Source: Escherichia phage EcS1. Taken from it: a stretch of DNA of 64,000 nt. Below, piece after piece: positions 8,737 to 18,733 of this stretch; position 1 is the first letter of the stretch, and every line of letters starts with the position of its first letter. A model generated the notes under the pieces. It made no database searches. It saw nothing but the letters and a program-made list of their open reading frames with translations, and had not been told where the DNA came from. A program made the position numbers and the translations under genes. Location of the stretch: sequence record NC_055721.1; one strand, 5' to 3'.

Positions 8737-10546
8737 GTTTTGTACGATTCACCATTTCTTTGTTCTTACCTACGTTGAAGCCTCGAACTGATGGATTGCC
8801 TAAGTAGCCACACGTACGACGAACGGTATTCATTTTGGTAGGGTCTTTCTCGCCACAATGACGACAAATAAAGCCTTCTTCGGTAGGTTTCATCTCGTCA
8901 TGACTACCACATGTAAAGCATTTATCAACAGGCATATTAACACCAAAATAATCAAGCTTCTCTACAGCGTAGTCCCAAACGGCTTCAAGACCCTTAAGAT
9001 TATCTTTCATGTTAGGCAGTTCAACATAACTGATATGACCACCTTTAGCAATAAAGTGGAATGGTGCTTCACGATCAATCTTCTCGAATGGAGAAATCTT
9101 TTCTTCTACTGAAACATGGAAACTATTAGTGTACCAGCCTTTATCAGTGACACCAGGAACGAGTCCATGAACTTCAGTGTCAATCTTACAGAACCGATAA
9201 CAAAGATTCTCAGCCGGTGTTGAGTAAAGGCTAAATGAGTATCCTGTTTCTTGTGTCCAAAGTGTAAGGTAGTCATTAATAGTTTTGAGAACTATTTCGC
9301 CAAAACCTTTATAAGTCAAGAGGTCTAATTCGTGAAGTCCAATATAACCTAATGAGATAGATGATCGACCATTTTTAAAGAGCTCAATAATCTTATCGTC
9401 AGGTTTCATTCGAACACCAAATGCACCTTCTTGATACAAAATAGGAGCAACAGAAGCAGTCGTATTTTCTAATGAAGTGATACGACTCATTAATGCTTTA
9501 CGACAGATATGAAGTGTATCGTCTAAACGATGCATGAACTCAGTGAGATCCATACCACCTGCTTTAATAACATCAAGAGCAATGCGTGGCAGGTTTAATG
9601 TCACTACGCCAAGGTTATTACGACCATCAAGAATTTCTTGGAACTTATCGTTTTCCCATACGCTCAAGAAGCTACGACAACCCATTGGTGATACTGGAAC
9701 AAATGAACCTGTAATCTTTCGGTTGTTCTTAGATGAAATGATATCAGGATACATACGCTTTGAAGCACATTCTAACGCAAGTTGTTTGATATCATAGTTC
9801 ATATCGCCAGGATTCAGGTTGATATATTTTTCAACAAACATCACAAGTTTAGGGAACACCGGAGTAATTCCGTCTCGACCTAGTCCACGGATACGGTTCT
9901 TCAGAATAGCTTTCTGAATCATTCGTTCAGTCCAAGAAGTCCCGGTTCCGAATGTAACAGTCACGAAAGGAGTTTGTCCATTAGAACTAAACAAAGTGTT
10001 CACTTCATATTCATACGCCTGGAAAGCATCAAATACATCTTTCTCTGTTTTAGATTGAGCGTAATTAATCGAGTCTTCAACTTTATATTCTAAAGAATCA
10101 GCTAGATGCTTCAAATAAGTTTTAGAGACATAAGGAGCAAGTACTTTATCTACATTAGCGAAAGTAGTTCCACCATATTGATGAGAAGCAACCTGTGCAG
10201 TGATTTGGGACATAATAGCACAAGCAACACCAATTGATTTAGGCGTTTCAATTTGTGCATTACCAAGTTTGAAGCCGTTCTTTAACATGCCTTCTAAATC
10301 GACAAGACAACAGTTAGTAAACGGAAGAGCAGGGCTATAATCCATGTCATGAAAATGAATTAGGCCCTGCTCGTGTGCGGATAGTACATCAGCTGGAAGA
10401 ATACTCTTAGCAATATGCTTTGAAGCAATCCCAGCCATTAAATCTCGTTGCGTCGGAAAGACATTTCCGTCTTTATTAGCATTTTCATTAAGAAGGTCTT
10501 TATTTGACTTATTAATGACCGAGAGAATATCTTGTTCGATTGTCAT
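8723..10546 (-). CDS. nrdD: anaerobic ribonucleoside-triphosphate reductase NrdD
   Basis: 607 aa; C-terminal Zn-ribbon CxxC...CxxC and glycyl-radical motif RTCGYLG; uninterrupted (no intron). Confidence 0.9.
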   Translation of the reverse strand: MTIEQDILSVINKSNKDLLNENANKDGNVFPTQRDLMAGIASKHIAKSILPADVLSAHEQGLIHFHDMDYSPALPFTNCCLVDLEGMLKNGFKLGNAQIETPKSIGVACAIMSQITAQVASHQYGGTTFANVDKVLAPYVSKTYLKHLADSLEYKVEDSINYAQSKTEKDVFDAFQAYEYEVNTLFSSNGQTPFVTVTFGTGTSWTERMIQKAILKNRIRGLGRDGITPVFPKLVMFVEKYINLNPGDMNYDIKQLALECASKRMYPDIISSKNNRKITGSFVPVSPMGCRSFLSVWENDKFQEILDGRNNLGVVTLNLPRIALDVIKAGGMDLTEFMHRLDDTLHICRKALMSRITSLENTTASVAPILYQEGAFGVRMKPDDKIIELFKNGRSSISLGYIGLHELDLLTYKGFGEIVLKTINDYLTLWTQETGYSFSLYSTPAENLCYRFCKIDTEVHGLVPGVTDKGWYTNSFHVSVEEKISPFEKIDREAPFHFIAKGGHISYVELPNMKDNLKGLEAVWDYAVEKLDYFGVNMPVDKCFTCGSHDEMKPTEEGFICRHCGEKDPTKMNTVRRTCGYLGNPSVRGFNVGKNKEMVNRTKHELR

Positions 10547-11022
10547 TTAATACTTTTCCTGAGTTGTTTCTTGTATTCTTTTACAAGAGCAGCCTTAGAA
10601 TCAGACTCTTTGAAGATGAAGCTTTGGGCTTTCATTTCAGCAATCATTTCATCTTTGCCTAATCTTGAGAACCATTTGGCTTTGTCAGTGACATAATTTG
10701 GATGGATATTGTTTTTAGAATAGTCAGTTTTCAGATAGACAAGCAAATTCTCAAGCCACTCGAGGTAGTCAACATCTTGACCTTTCAAACCAGAGCGGTT
10801 GAACTTATGCTTCATTTGTCCTTCTGCAGCGTTACATAGATTACACAACAAACCACGAACCTTACCGGCTTTTGGTCCAGTCAGTTCGTGGTCATGGTCA
10901 AGATGGTTAGCTTGGATGTCAGAAGAGAGCTCGCGTTTACAGAGCAAACACTTACCGTGTTGTGCATCATAAAAGTTTTGTTTTTGTTCTTTGTACAGTT
11001 TGCCAGTTAATAACATGTTCAC
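10543..11022 (-). CDS. 49: recombination endonuclease VII (gp49)
   Basis: 159 aa; blocks matching T4 endo VII as recalled (HLDHDHELTGPKAGKVRGLLCNLCNAAEGQ). Confidence 0.9.
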   Translation of the reverse strand: MNMLLTGKLYKEQKQNFYDAQHGKCLLCKRELSSDIQANHLDHDHELTGPKAGKVRGLLCNLCNAAEGQMKHKFNRSGLKGQDVDYLEWLENLLVYLKTDYSKNNIHPNYVTDKAKWFSRLGKDEMIAEMKAQSFIFKESDSKAALVKEYKKQLRKSIK

Positions 11023-11046
11023 CTCAATATAAGATGAACATATTTA

Positions 11047-11349
11047 TCAAATTAAAACAAAGACTTCATTTTCACATTTATCTGAACCTTTAATACTAGA
11101 TTCAGTGAACAAGGCCCAACGATCGTCTATATCTTTCACGCCAAGAGTTGTGTTTGATTTAGAAACTAAAATCTTATACACACCAAAATATTTTCCACCT
11201 ACGACATGTTCATAGTCACCTTCTAAGATGACGATTTCATCGCCAGGCTCTACTAACTTTGCAAGTTCAATATAAGCATCCTTCATTAGGTCATAAATCA
11301 AAGTTGCTTGGTTAAACATAGGCGATACTATCAATTTACGATTTAGCAT
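11047..11349 (-). CDS. hypothetical protein
   Basis: 100-aa ORF. Confidence 0.45.
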   Translation of the reverse strand: MLNRKLIVSPMFNQATLIYDLMKDAYIELAKLVEPGDEIVILEGDYEHVVGGKYFGVYKILVSKSNTTLGVKDIDDRWALFTESSIKGSDKCENEVFVLI

Positions 11350-11797
11350 TTAATAGACCTTCTAAATGAACAATATATTCAGCAGCTTTCTGCATAGTGT
11401 CATATTCTTCTGAATCACAATTTTCTTGTCCAGCGAATGCACGTAATGCCATACTGATAGGAACGATTTTACCACCAAAATGATTAAGCTTAATCTCATT
11501 CATACCAGCAACTGGATCCCCATGACCAATTTCTTGAAGCTCTGACAAAATATTATCGTTACACCAGAAACAGTAGAACCAAGAATCAGGGTTATCAATA
11601 ATACGAATGACTTTAGCTGTGTCTAAACAAATGACAGATGTAATAACTAAACGAGTTCCGCTATAGCCATCTTCAGCATCAGTTAAGACTTGGAAACGAA
11701 AGCCTTTAACAAGTTCAGGGAACTGTTTAATAAGTTCTTCGTCTTCTTTAATAACTTCGTATTGTTTACCAACTAAAGATTCCATTTTTATCCTCAT
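11336..11797 (-). CDS. hypothetical protein
   Basis: 153-aa ORF, overlapping start/stop. Confidence 0.45.
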   Translation of the reverse strand: MRIKMESLVGKQYEVIKEDEELIKQFPELVKGFRFQVLTDAEDGYSGTRLVITSVICLDTAKVIRIIDNPDSWFYCFWCNDNILSELQEIGHGDPVAGMNEIKLNHFGGKIVPISMALRAFAGQENCDSEEYDTMQKAAEYIVHLEGLLNAKS

Positions 11798-11905
11798 AAT
11801 CTAAGAGTTCATTTTCTGTAGGCTCATCATAACACACTTCAGAATCTTTGTAAACCTCTTCAGGCTCTGGCTCGACAGTTTCCCATCGAGCCGAATACCA
11901 TGGCT

Positions 11906-12208
11906 TTAAACCTGCACCCATGACGTTACTGTGTGAGTCACAACTTTTTCTTGTTTCTCTACGATATAGACATCAGGGTCGCTATAGTACCAGTCGCTAT
12001 GATAAGAACCAGAACGTGATTCACATACTTGGATATAAACATTATGCTTATGAGACCAGTAAATCATATTACGATATTGGTACTTATGATTTTGAGTCCA
12101 TTCATCGTCTTCAATTTCTTCTAAGTATTCAGTATCATCGAAATCGTAGTTTTCAGAATAACCATTATGGTCTTCAAGGATTTCTTTTAAAATTTCAGCA
12201 TTAGTCAT
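11906..12208 (-). CDS. hypothetical protein
   Basis: 100-aa ORF. Confidence 0.4.
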   Translation of the reverse strand: MTNAEILKEILEDHNGYSENYDFDDTEYLEEIEDDEWTQNHKYQYRNMIYWSHKHNVYIQVCESRSGSYHSDWYYSDPDVYIVEKQEKVVTHTVTSWVQV

Positions 12209-12395
12209 TTAGTTTCACCATACAATCGCCATATTTCCACTTACTCATAACCTTATGGCCATTAGTGTAAGTGACTTCGACAATTGCTTTATGATTTTTA
12301 ATTTTCATGATTACACCTGTTTCAAGTGCACCATACCCATAATAAATGGCGACTACATCGCCTACGTTCAAAAGAGAACCGCGATAGTCGTTCAT
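12201..12395 (-). CDS. hypothetical protein
   Basis: 64-aa ORF. Confidence 0.35.
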   Translation of the reverse strand: MNDYRGSLLNVGDVVAIYYGYGALETGVIMKIKNHKAIVEVTYTNGHKVMSKWKYGDCMVKLND

Positions 12396-12544
12396 TTAAC
12401 CTCGAAGCTTTTGGAGCTCTTCATCATCAATCCAGGATTCAAGACCACTTGGAAGAGCACATTCTACTTCCCATAGAAGAGATTCAATCTTTTGGAGACG
12501 TTCTAGTTCGTCAAGCTTAATGAGCACTTCTTTATCTGTAACAA

Positions 12545-12868
12545 TCATTTATTCGCCTCGTAGTTTTTATCAACACACCAACTACAATCAACTTGGAAAT
12601 CAGGTTCACCATATTCCCAGCGATGCCCTACAACATTACCTTCAACATCGTATTCTTCTTCAACACCAACGTAAGACCATTGGATTGTATGAAGTTCTTT
12701 ACCTTGAAGAACATTGGTTTCACCCCATTGATTATTAAAAGCAAACCAAGGATTTGCAATTGCATTAGCAATCATATGAGATTCAAAAGCAGATTCTAAA
12801 TCGGATTGGTCACCAGCAGGTAAAACTAATTCAATCAACATTTTTAAAATTCCAGAATGAAGCAACAA
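12545..12868 (-). CDS. hypothetical protein
   Basis: 107-aa ORF. Confidence 0.4.
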   Translation of the reverse strand: MLLHSGILKMLIELVLPAGDQSDLESAFESHMIANAIANPWFAFNNQWGETNVLQGKELHTIQWSYVGVEEEYDVEGNVVGHRWEYGEPDFQVDCSWCVDKNYEANK

Positions 12869-12997
12869 TGAGCCATACAGGCCATAAGATTAAAGCAATA
12901 ACATTCACACCAAATTCATTCTCTTTGATAAGAGATGCTAATGTCTTAGCATATCCTATACCCATAATGATATAAGCAACTAAACAAATACCTTCGA

Positions 12998-13276
12998 TCA
13001 TTTCAAATATTCTCTGAGTTCGGTGAATCCACCAATTGCTGCACCTTTAGGGTCAAAGATTTGAGGCATTGTCAAACCTGATTGAGAAGGACGATTCAGT
13101 CGTACCAACAGTTCAGAAATGACTTCAGGGTCAAACAGAAGACCGTCAGGACCTTTTCCACTAACAACTGAGATAAACTCATATGAAATTTTCTTTGCGT
13201 CCAGCAGACGTTTAGCGTTGATACATGGGATACATTTATGAATGCTTTCGTCGTAACCAAAAATCTTGTACATCAC
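12998..13276 (-). CDS. nrdC: thioredoxin/glutaredoxin NrdC
   Basis: 92 aa; active-site CIPC and blocks matching T4 NrdC as recalled (KIFGYD, HKC, NAKRLL, GLTMPQIF). Confidence 0.85.
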   Translation of the reverse strand: MMYKIFGYDESIHKCIPCINAKRLLDAKKISYEFISVVSGKGPDGLLFDPEVISELLVRLNRPSQSGLTMPQIFDPKGAAIGGFTELREYLK

Positions 13277-13541
13277 TTTCTATTTCCTTAATCGTATCTT
13301 TAAGCCCGGCATCAAAATCAGGATGATTTGCTACATGATAAAGATGACGATCTGATTGAATACGTTGATGAACATCACTATAAATCATGCTGATAGCTTT
13401 ATCTCGACCTATAGTGCAGGTTCGTTTTAATTGAGAGTCAGTGGGCATCACACCCATCTCTTTATAATAACTTACAATGAGTTCAAGCATCATTCGCTCA
13501 GCGACGTTCAGATATTCTTTACGCTTTTTCTGTTTCGTCAT
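13236..13541 (-). CDS. hypothetical protein
   Basis: ORF-track 13236..13595, start moved to internal Met. Confidence 0.4.
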   Translation of the reverse strand: MTKQKKRKEYLNVAERMMLELIVSYYKEMGVMPTDSQLKRTCTIGRDKAISMIYSDVHQRIQSDRHLYHVANHPDFDAGLKDTIKEIESDVQDFWLRRKHS

Positions 13542-13673
13542 TACCAATACTTCCTTTAACAGAGATAAGCATAGTTTTATCGCCAAGCATTTCAATCAAA
13601 TCTTTAATACAACTATCAGGCATTGGTTGAACCGATACTAACATTTTAGCCAATTCATTAGGGTCTAGAATTT

Positions 13674-13961
13674 TCATTGTGTAGCTCGTTTATATGCTTC
13701 GTGAGCAGCTACTGCAACTTTGTCGTCTTGACATAATTTCGTTTCTGGTTGTTTAGCCAGATAATGAAACGCTAGTGACTTAAGCTTGATTATTGAAAAT
13801 GCTACATTAGTCTGGGTAGTAGATAATAAATTAATGAAATCAGCATGTTCGCCATTATCTTCGGCTTCTTGCAAGAACATTTTGCAAACAACACTGTCTA
13901 ACTCTTTAAAAAGAGCATTCATTTCATCAGAGCGCTTGAGATTAGTATCAAATGGATTCAT
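13674..13961 (-). CDS. hypothetical protein
   Basis: 95-aa ORF. Confidence 0.4.
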   Translation of the reverse strand: MNPFDTNLKRSDEMNALFKELDSVVCKMFLQEAEDNGEHADFINLLSTTQTNVAFSIIKLKSLAFHYLAKQPETKLCQDDKVAVAAHEAYKRATQ

Positions 13962-14467
13962 TACTTCACCTCTGGAAATACTTGAGCGATACGAACCTTG
14001 ATAGCTTCATCAAGAATAGTTGTCCACGCATTATTGATGCGATTACGAATCAGTTCATCAATTTTATTTTCGTTTTGACTGATGACATGCAGAATATGAT
14101 GCTCAAGCTTTTTATTAGCTCGTTGGGCTTGGTCAACAAGATAATCTTGAATTGCATTAGATGCAATCTTTTCAGCTTCTTCGCGAATCTTAAAATTAGC
14201 AATATCAGAAGCTTGAATACCTTTCCAACCTTGGTCAGACAGTAGTTTATTCATTTGCTTATTGACTTCATCTTTAACAGAAGGAATATCAACAGGGTGT
14301 GCCTTAATTTCTTCTTTAATTAAGGTAGACACACGGTTATTTGTGTCTTTCAAAATCAAGTCTTTAGTGATGTTCTGAATAACAGAACGACGAAGGTTAA
14401 CTTGAGCTTCAGTTCCTTCAGGGAACAATTGGCGTACTGCATGTGTATCAAGAGACATACTAATCAT
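13961..14467 (-). CDS. hypothetical protein
   Basis: ORF-track 13961..14485 uses a non-ATG start; first ATG is at 14465-14467 (MISMSLDTH...), exactly at the end of the tandem duplication. Confidence 0.45.
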   Translation of the reverse strand: MISMSLDTHAVRQLFPEGTEAQVNLRRSVIQNITKDLILKDTNNRVSTLIKEEIKAHPVDIPSVKDEVNKQMNKLLSDQGWKGIQASDIANFKIREEAEKIASNAIQDYLVDQAQRANKKLEHHILHVISQNENKIDELIRNRINNAWTTILDEAIKVRIAQVFPEVK

Positions 14468-14716
14468 TTTAATCCTCGAAATCAATTTTAATATCAGGGC
14501 GACCCATTTTACTCATAATAAGTTTAAGCAAATCACCTTCGTTAAAAGATGAACTACTACAACACGAAGCATGAGGTGTGAGATCGTCATCATTTTAATC
14601 CTCGAAATCAATTTTAATATCAGGGCGACCCATTTTACTCATAATAAGTTTAAGCAAATCACCTTCGTTAAAAGATGAACTACTACAACACGAAGCATGA
14701 GGTGTGAGATCGTCAT
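14465..14716. repeat. perfect 126-bp direct tandem duplication (2 copies)
   Basis: 14465-14590 and 14591-14716 are identical base for base; covers last 41 codons plus stop of the 85-aa gene. Confidence 0.9.
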
Positions 14717-14852
14717 ATTCTACGCCATCAATTATAATGTTGTATCCTTCGGCATCGTTACTACAGCCTAATTCGCATTCACTATAATCATAAAGTTTCT
14801 GTACTTTAATATTCATCATTGTCCTCAAAAGCAGAAGGTTTAGCAATACCAA
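14595..14852 (-). CDS. hypothetical Cys-rich small protein
   Basis: 85 aa; 3' end lies in the duplicated block. Confidence 0.4.
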   Translation of the reverse strand: MVLLNLLLLRTMMNIKVQKLYDYSECELGCSNDAEGYNIIIDGVEYDDLTPHASCCSSSSFNEGDLLKLIMSKMGRPDIKIDFED

Positions 14853-15219
14853 TCAGACACACTATACCGCCTACAATAGATATAGACCATAATATAACAC
14901 CACCAAAGAACCAGATAAGATTCTCCATAGGAGTTTGCTTAATGTCCATAGGGCGTAAATCAAATACGACCTTTTCACCAACCTTCAATTGAGAATAAGT
15001 AGAAGGTTTTAGGCGCAAATCGAAATAAACATTATCTTCTGTTTTAAAAACACCAATAAATTCCGTACTCGCATATCGCCCTGTTCCTTGTCCTGAATAG
15101 AGTTGAGTTGTTTCTACAGTATATGACTTCTCGGACATGTAATCATTGTTATGACTAAATGTAAACATTACGCTGATAATGATACATAAAGCAATTAAGA
15201 ACTTAGAGCGAGTTGTCAT
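14806..15219 (-). CDS. membrane protein
   Basis: 137 aa; N- and C-terminal hydrophobic helices. Confidence 0.45.
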   Translation of the reverse strand: MTTRSKFLIALCIIISVMFTFSHNNDYMSEKSYTVETTQLYSGQGTGRYASTEFIGVFKTEDNVYFDLRLKPSTYSQLKVGEKVVFDLRPMDIKQTPMENLIWFFGGVILWSISIVGGIVCLIGIAKPSAFEDNDEY

Positions 15220-15452
15220 TTTAATTCCTTCACAAATTTATGGTGACATTCACGACATTTCATTTTAAGGACTGGAGTTGACCAGTCCACTAATTGTACT
15301 TGCATAGTACCACACTTTGGGCATGGTGTTACTTGCTTACAGGCTGCTTCACGCCTGTCTACCATTGCAATAGTAGCACCCCAGTCGATTTCAAATACTT
15401 CTTCATCGCCTAAAGCTTCTAACTTATCGATTAAATTCTGTGTCTTAGGCAA
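15216..15452 (-). CDS. zinc-ribbon protein
   Basis: 78 aa; CPKCG ... CRECH pairs. Confidence 0.45.
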   Translation of the reverse strand: MPKTQNLIDKLEALGDEEVFEIDWGATIAMVDRREAACKQVTPCPKCGTMQVQLVDWSTPVLKMKCRECHHKFVKELK

Positions 15453-16491
15453 TTAACACCTCGATAGCATTTTTCAGCACATCGCGTTGAACTAAAAGAT
15501 TTGCATCTTGATGCGCAAGTTTTTGCAAACGCTTTTCAATTTCAATACGTTCTTGGCCATTTTTCTCTAGCTTGTCATCAATAGTCTTAATTGATGCACG
15601 CATCAAATTAGCATGATGAATTTCAATTTTAACTTCTTGCGGGTCGAAAGTATTAAATGACGCTGGTGTAGCTAATGAGCTTGCAGTGTAAGTTCCTGAC
15701 ATTTCTTTTGACACGGTATCGCCTTTTGGTGAAAGAATAAAGTCTGCACTATGTATATTGCGTTTATCGTATTGTTCTATTGTGCAAATATCAAGTTGAG
15801 TGAAAGCATTATATAACTGAGCAGCAAAACGGTCGCGAATTCTGGTGTAATTGTAAGCACTTTGGTCTTTATAATTACGAGCCTGAATCCGACAACGAAT
15901 CTGAGTGCCTTCAACAGTAAAGATAACACTTGTCATGTATTTGTTAGAAGGAGACTCAGTTCTAGTGTATGGCAAAATTTGACGGTCTTCACCTTCGACC
16001 AGTCGAGAGCCTTGCTCAAGAAGCCATTTAAGATTCAAATGCAAATTACCACATACGGTTTCAATATGAGATGGAGCTTGAGTAGATGGAGAAACCATAA
16101 AACGATTAGTAAAACTAACACCCTTACCATATTTTAAATTAACAATAGGCTTCAATTTATAATCTTTCAACTTGCATTGTGCTTTAATAGCACCTGCAGC
16201 ACGTGAACGACATAATGCTTTATAGAAGCCTTCAGCAGTATTACCAATTGAATGAAACTCAATCTTAGGTTTGAACTTATGAATAATAGGAAAATCTTCA
16301 GCAACTTTATTGATGAATGTAGCGCCAATGAAAGCTTGAGAAGAACTATTAGCCAAAGGTTTGAACATAGTCTCCATATCTGCATCAAGAGGATATTCAA
16401 TTTTCAATTGATTCGCCATTGGCCCACGAAGAATAAAACGCAAAGTGTCTAGTACATATTGACGCATTTCTTTAGAAGTTTTAATAATCAT
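15445..16491 (-). CDS. hypothetical protein (348 aa)
   Basis: long co-oriented ORF; no motif recognised. Confidence 0.55.
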   Translation of the reverse strand: MIIKTSKEMRQYVLDTLRFILRGPMANQLKIEYPLDADMETMFKPLANSSSQAFIGATFINKVAEDFPIIHKFKPKIEFHSIGNTAEGFYKALCRSRAAGAIKAQCKLKDYKLKPIVNLKYGKGVSFTNRFMVSPSTQAPSHIETVCGNLHLNLKWLLEQGSRLVEGEDRQILPYTRTESPSNKYMTSVIFTVEGTQIRCRIQARNYKDQSAYNYTRIRDRFAAQLYNAFTQLDICTIEQYDKRNIHSADFILSPKGDTVSKEMSGTYTASSLATPASFNTFDPQEVKIEIHHANLMRASIKTIDDKLEKNGQERIEIEKRLQKLAHQDANLLVQRDVLKNAIEVLIA

Positions 16492-16593
16492 TTTCTCACC
16501 TTACTGGCGCAGCCAGTATCTATTATCGTCGGATTTAAATAGGCCTTAACTAAAAGACCTTGATTCATTATACCGTACTCTTTATTAAAGCAA

Positions 16594-17370
16594 TTAGGCC
16601 TCATTAAACACTACTGAAGAAGGACGTTTGAAGAAAGAATGAGTGTTATCATCTTTAGCATGTTCAAACGTTGCTTTGAATTCGATTTCACCACGATAAT
16701 CAGCTGGAACTGCCTTTGGCAGAGAACCATAAACCGTGGCACCATTTTCTAAACGAACTGTCATCTTAAAGACAGGACCGTAGATATCCATCCAATCTTT
16801 AACTGAGACAACAATTCCTTTCACCACTAATTTACCCACAGGAGCTTCGCCTTTGTTGGCTTTCAATGATTCATAATAGTTATTGAACCATTGTTCAGAG
16901 TGTGCCTGAATCGCTTTCAGGATGTTCTTGTGGGCTCTTACTTCAACCATACCCACACGAGTTTCACCTAAGTCCCATAGTTTGTATGGAGCTTTCATTT
17001 CAATAAAGTTGAATGCTTTAAGTTCTAAGTACATATTAAAAGTTAAGCGCAGCTTCCACCAACCATGATCGCCTGTGTACTCAGGTTTATCCATTGACTC
17101 AAGTTCAGTAACATATGGAAGATAACTACCAGCATGATATGCTTCAACTTCACCTAATTCATTTTCCCACAAGTAGCCATCAAATGGAGCATGTGGACGA
17201 TCATCTTTACCCCAAGTAGGGCTAACACAACGATCAAATGAATCACGGCCATATTTTGATTTAGTCCAACCTGCATTTAATTCATATGCACGTTGTTCAA
17301 CACGTTTTCGTTGAGCTCTGTAAGCTGCACGATTTTCTTCGATTAAATCAGAAACGATTTTAGTTAGCAT
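16594..17370 (-). CDS. hypothetical protein
   Basis: ORF-track 16594..17406 trimmed to Met at 17368-17370. Confidence 0.5.
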   Translation of the reverse strand: MLTKIVSDLIEENRAAYRAQRKRVEQRAYELNAGWTKSKYGRDSFDRCVSPTWGKDDRPHAPFDGYLWENELGEVEAYHAGSYLPYVTELESMDKPEYTGDHGWWKLRLTFNMYLELKAFNFIEMKAPYKLWDLGETRVGMVEVRAHKNILKAIQAHSEQWFNNYYESLKANKGEAPVGKLVVKGIVVSVKDWMDIYGPVFKMTVRLENGATVYGSLPKAVPADYRGEIEFKATFEHAKDDNTHSFFKRPSSVVFNEA

Positions 17371-17428
17371 TTTATTCTCCTTGTTGGTGTAGGAGCATAA
17401 TACCACGTTCCTACACCATTGTAAACAC

Positions 17429-17635
17429 TTAGTTCACTACTATGTAAATCATCCATCCAGGCCAGAAGAACATCATAGACAGAGTCAATAGGTTACGTTT
17501 AAGTTTTTGATGCCATTCACGACACATGTGATCAGGCATACCTAAAGCCCAAGCACTAAGACACATGAAGTAAAAACCTGTGCCTAGATACACACATACA
17601 CCAAGGAAAATCAAAGCCATAATAATTGGAGTCAT
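17429..17635 (-). CDS. small membrane protein
   Basis: 68 aa, two hydrophobic segments. Confidence 0.35.
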   Translation of the reverse strand: MTPIIMALIFLGVCVYLGTGFYFMCLSAWALGMPDHMCREWHQKLKRNLLTLSMMFFWPGWMIYIVVN

Positions 17636-18000
17636 TAGTAAAAAGTCCTGTTTAAAGGTTCACCGGTGAACCAAGCTGAAGTCATCAGCTCTTGACCTTT
17701 AAGAGCAGTATCGCGTGATGCTACGATAACAATCTTTCTTGCATCAAGAAACTCTGTAGCCTTGATTTGAGCTCGGTCCATTTCGATAAGGTCTAAAGTG
17801 TTGCACTTTAACTTGAATCGCTTATGCTTTGGTTGGAACGAATTGTTCTCAAGTTCTTCATCTACGATAACCGAAGTAATCCATTTCTCGTTTTCATATT
17901 TGTCAATAGCTTTTTGCATTTCAGCCCTGAAATCTTCACGAGCCTCATTCAAAAAGTGTTCACATTGTCTAATGATTGAATCTGCAAAGTTCATTACCAA
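17635..18000 (-). CDS. hypothetical protein
   Basis: 121-aa ORF. Confidence 0.45.
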   Translation of the reverse strand: MVMNFADSIIRQCEHFLNEAREDFRAEMQKAIDKYENEKWITSVIVDEELENNSFQPKHKRFKLKCNTLDLIEMDRAQIKATEFLDARKIVIVASRDTALKGQELMTSAWFTGEPLNRTFY

Positions 18001-18167
18001 GGGTCCTTTTGTGAAAGTGGAATGTCATCAGCCCAGATAGACGCTATAGCAATTTCTTCGCCTTCAAGCAAGAGTTCAATGCGTAAAGTTGAATCCTTAT
18101 AGCTTGGAGACATGACATTGAAGCTTAAATTTTCTTTTAGATATTCTTTTAATTCTTCTTTAGTCAT
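17994..18167 (-). CDS. hypothetical small protein (57 aa, below ORF-track cutoff)
   Basis: hand-translated minus-strand ORF MTKEELKEYLKENLSFNV... filling the gap between neighbours. Confidence 0.3.
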   Translation of the reverse strand: MTKEELKEYLKENLSFNVMSPSYKDSTLRIELLLEGEEIAIASIWADDIPLSQKDPW

Positions 18168-18642
18168 GAGAAACCTCTTTAGGGTGATACTTTAATTGTA
18201 AGGCATCATGGACCTTAATAGCTTCGACATAAATTGTTGAGACTGTGAAGTCATAAACCCATTGAACAATTTCTTTATCTTTAAGCATCCATGGCTTATA
18301 GAATGACCATACGTCTTGGTGCTGTTTAAAAACATGGTCCATCTCGCGACGTGCTTCACGAGCCCAATACAAGAACGTTCCGATAACTTGAGCCCAATAT
18401 TCAGGTCGAACACTAATATGAGCTGGGCCTAAGTGGTGCATCTTTTCAGTAACTAACAGTTCTCGCCAGGCGTTTCTGAGTTCACCCAGAACGTTTGGTT
18501 TTGTACCGTGATTAAACTTATACAGGTCTTCACAGATACGTACTGCAGCCTTCTCTGGCTTACCTTGTGGCTTCCCAGCGTAGATATGAGCTGGAGGATA
18601 GATGCTGGTGTTTTGGACCCAATTGTTCATTAAAATAGACAT
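18160..18642 (-). CDS. hypothetical protein
   Basis: 160-aa ORF. Confidence 0.5.
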   Translation of the reverse strand: MSILMNNWVQNTSIYPPAHIYAGKPQGKPEKAAVRICEDLYKFNHGTKPNVLGELRNAWRELLVTEKMHHLGPAHISVRPEYWAQVIGTFLYWAREARREMDHVFKQHQDVWSFYKPWMLKDKEIVQWVYDFTVSTIYVEAIKVHDALQLKYHPKEVSHD

Positions 18643-18733
18643 TAGTAACCACCATGAGGACTGTTATCATTGACGCCTTGACTCATTTTATAGAGCATGA
18701 AAGCAAAAGCTATTACTATAATCGATAATGAAG

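Noticed and set aside
8263-10546. Group I intron or homing endonuclease within nrdD (as in T4)
   Set aside because: nrdD reads as one uninterrupted 607-aa ORF with the glycyl-radical motif intact; no intron-sized insertion is present.
14465-14716. Possible CRISPR array suggested by exact repeats
   Set aside because: Only two copies of a 126-bp unit with no spacers; it is a coding tandem duplication, not a repeat-spacer array. No CRISPR-like periodic short repeats were seen elsewhere.
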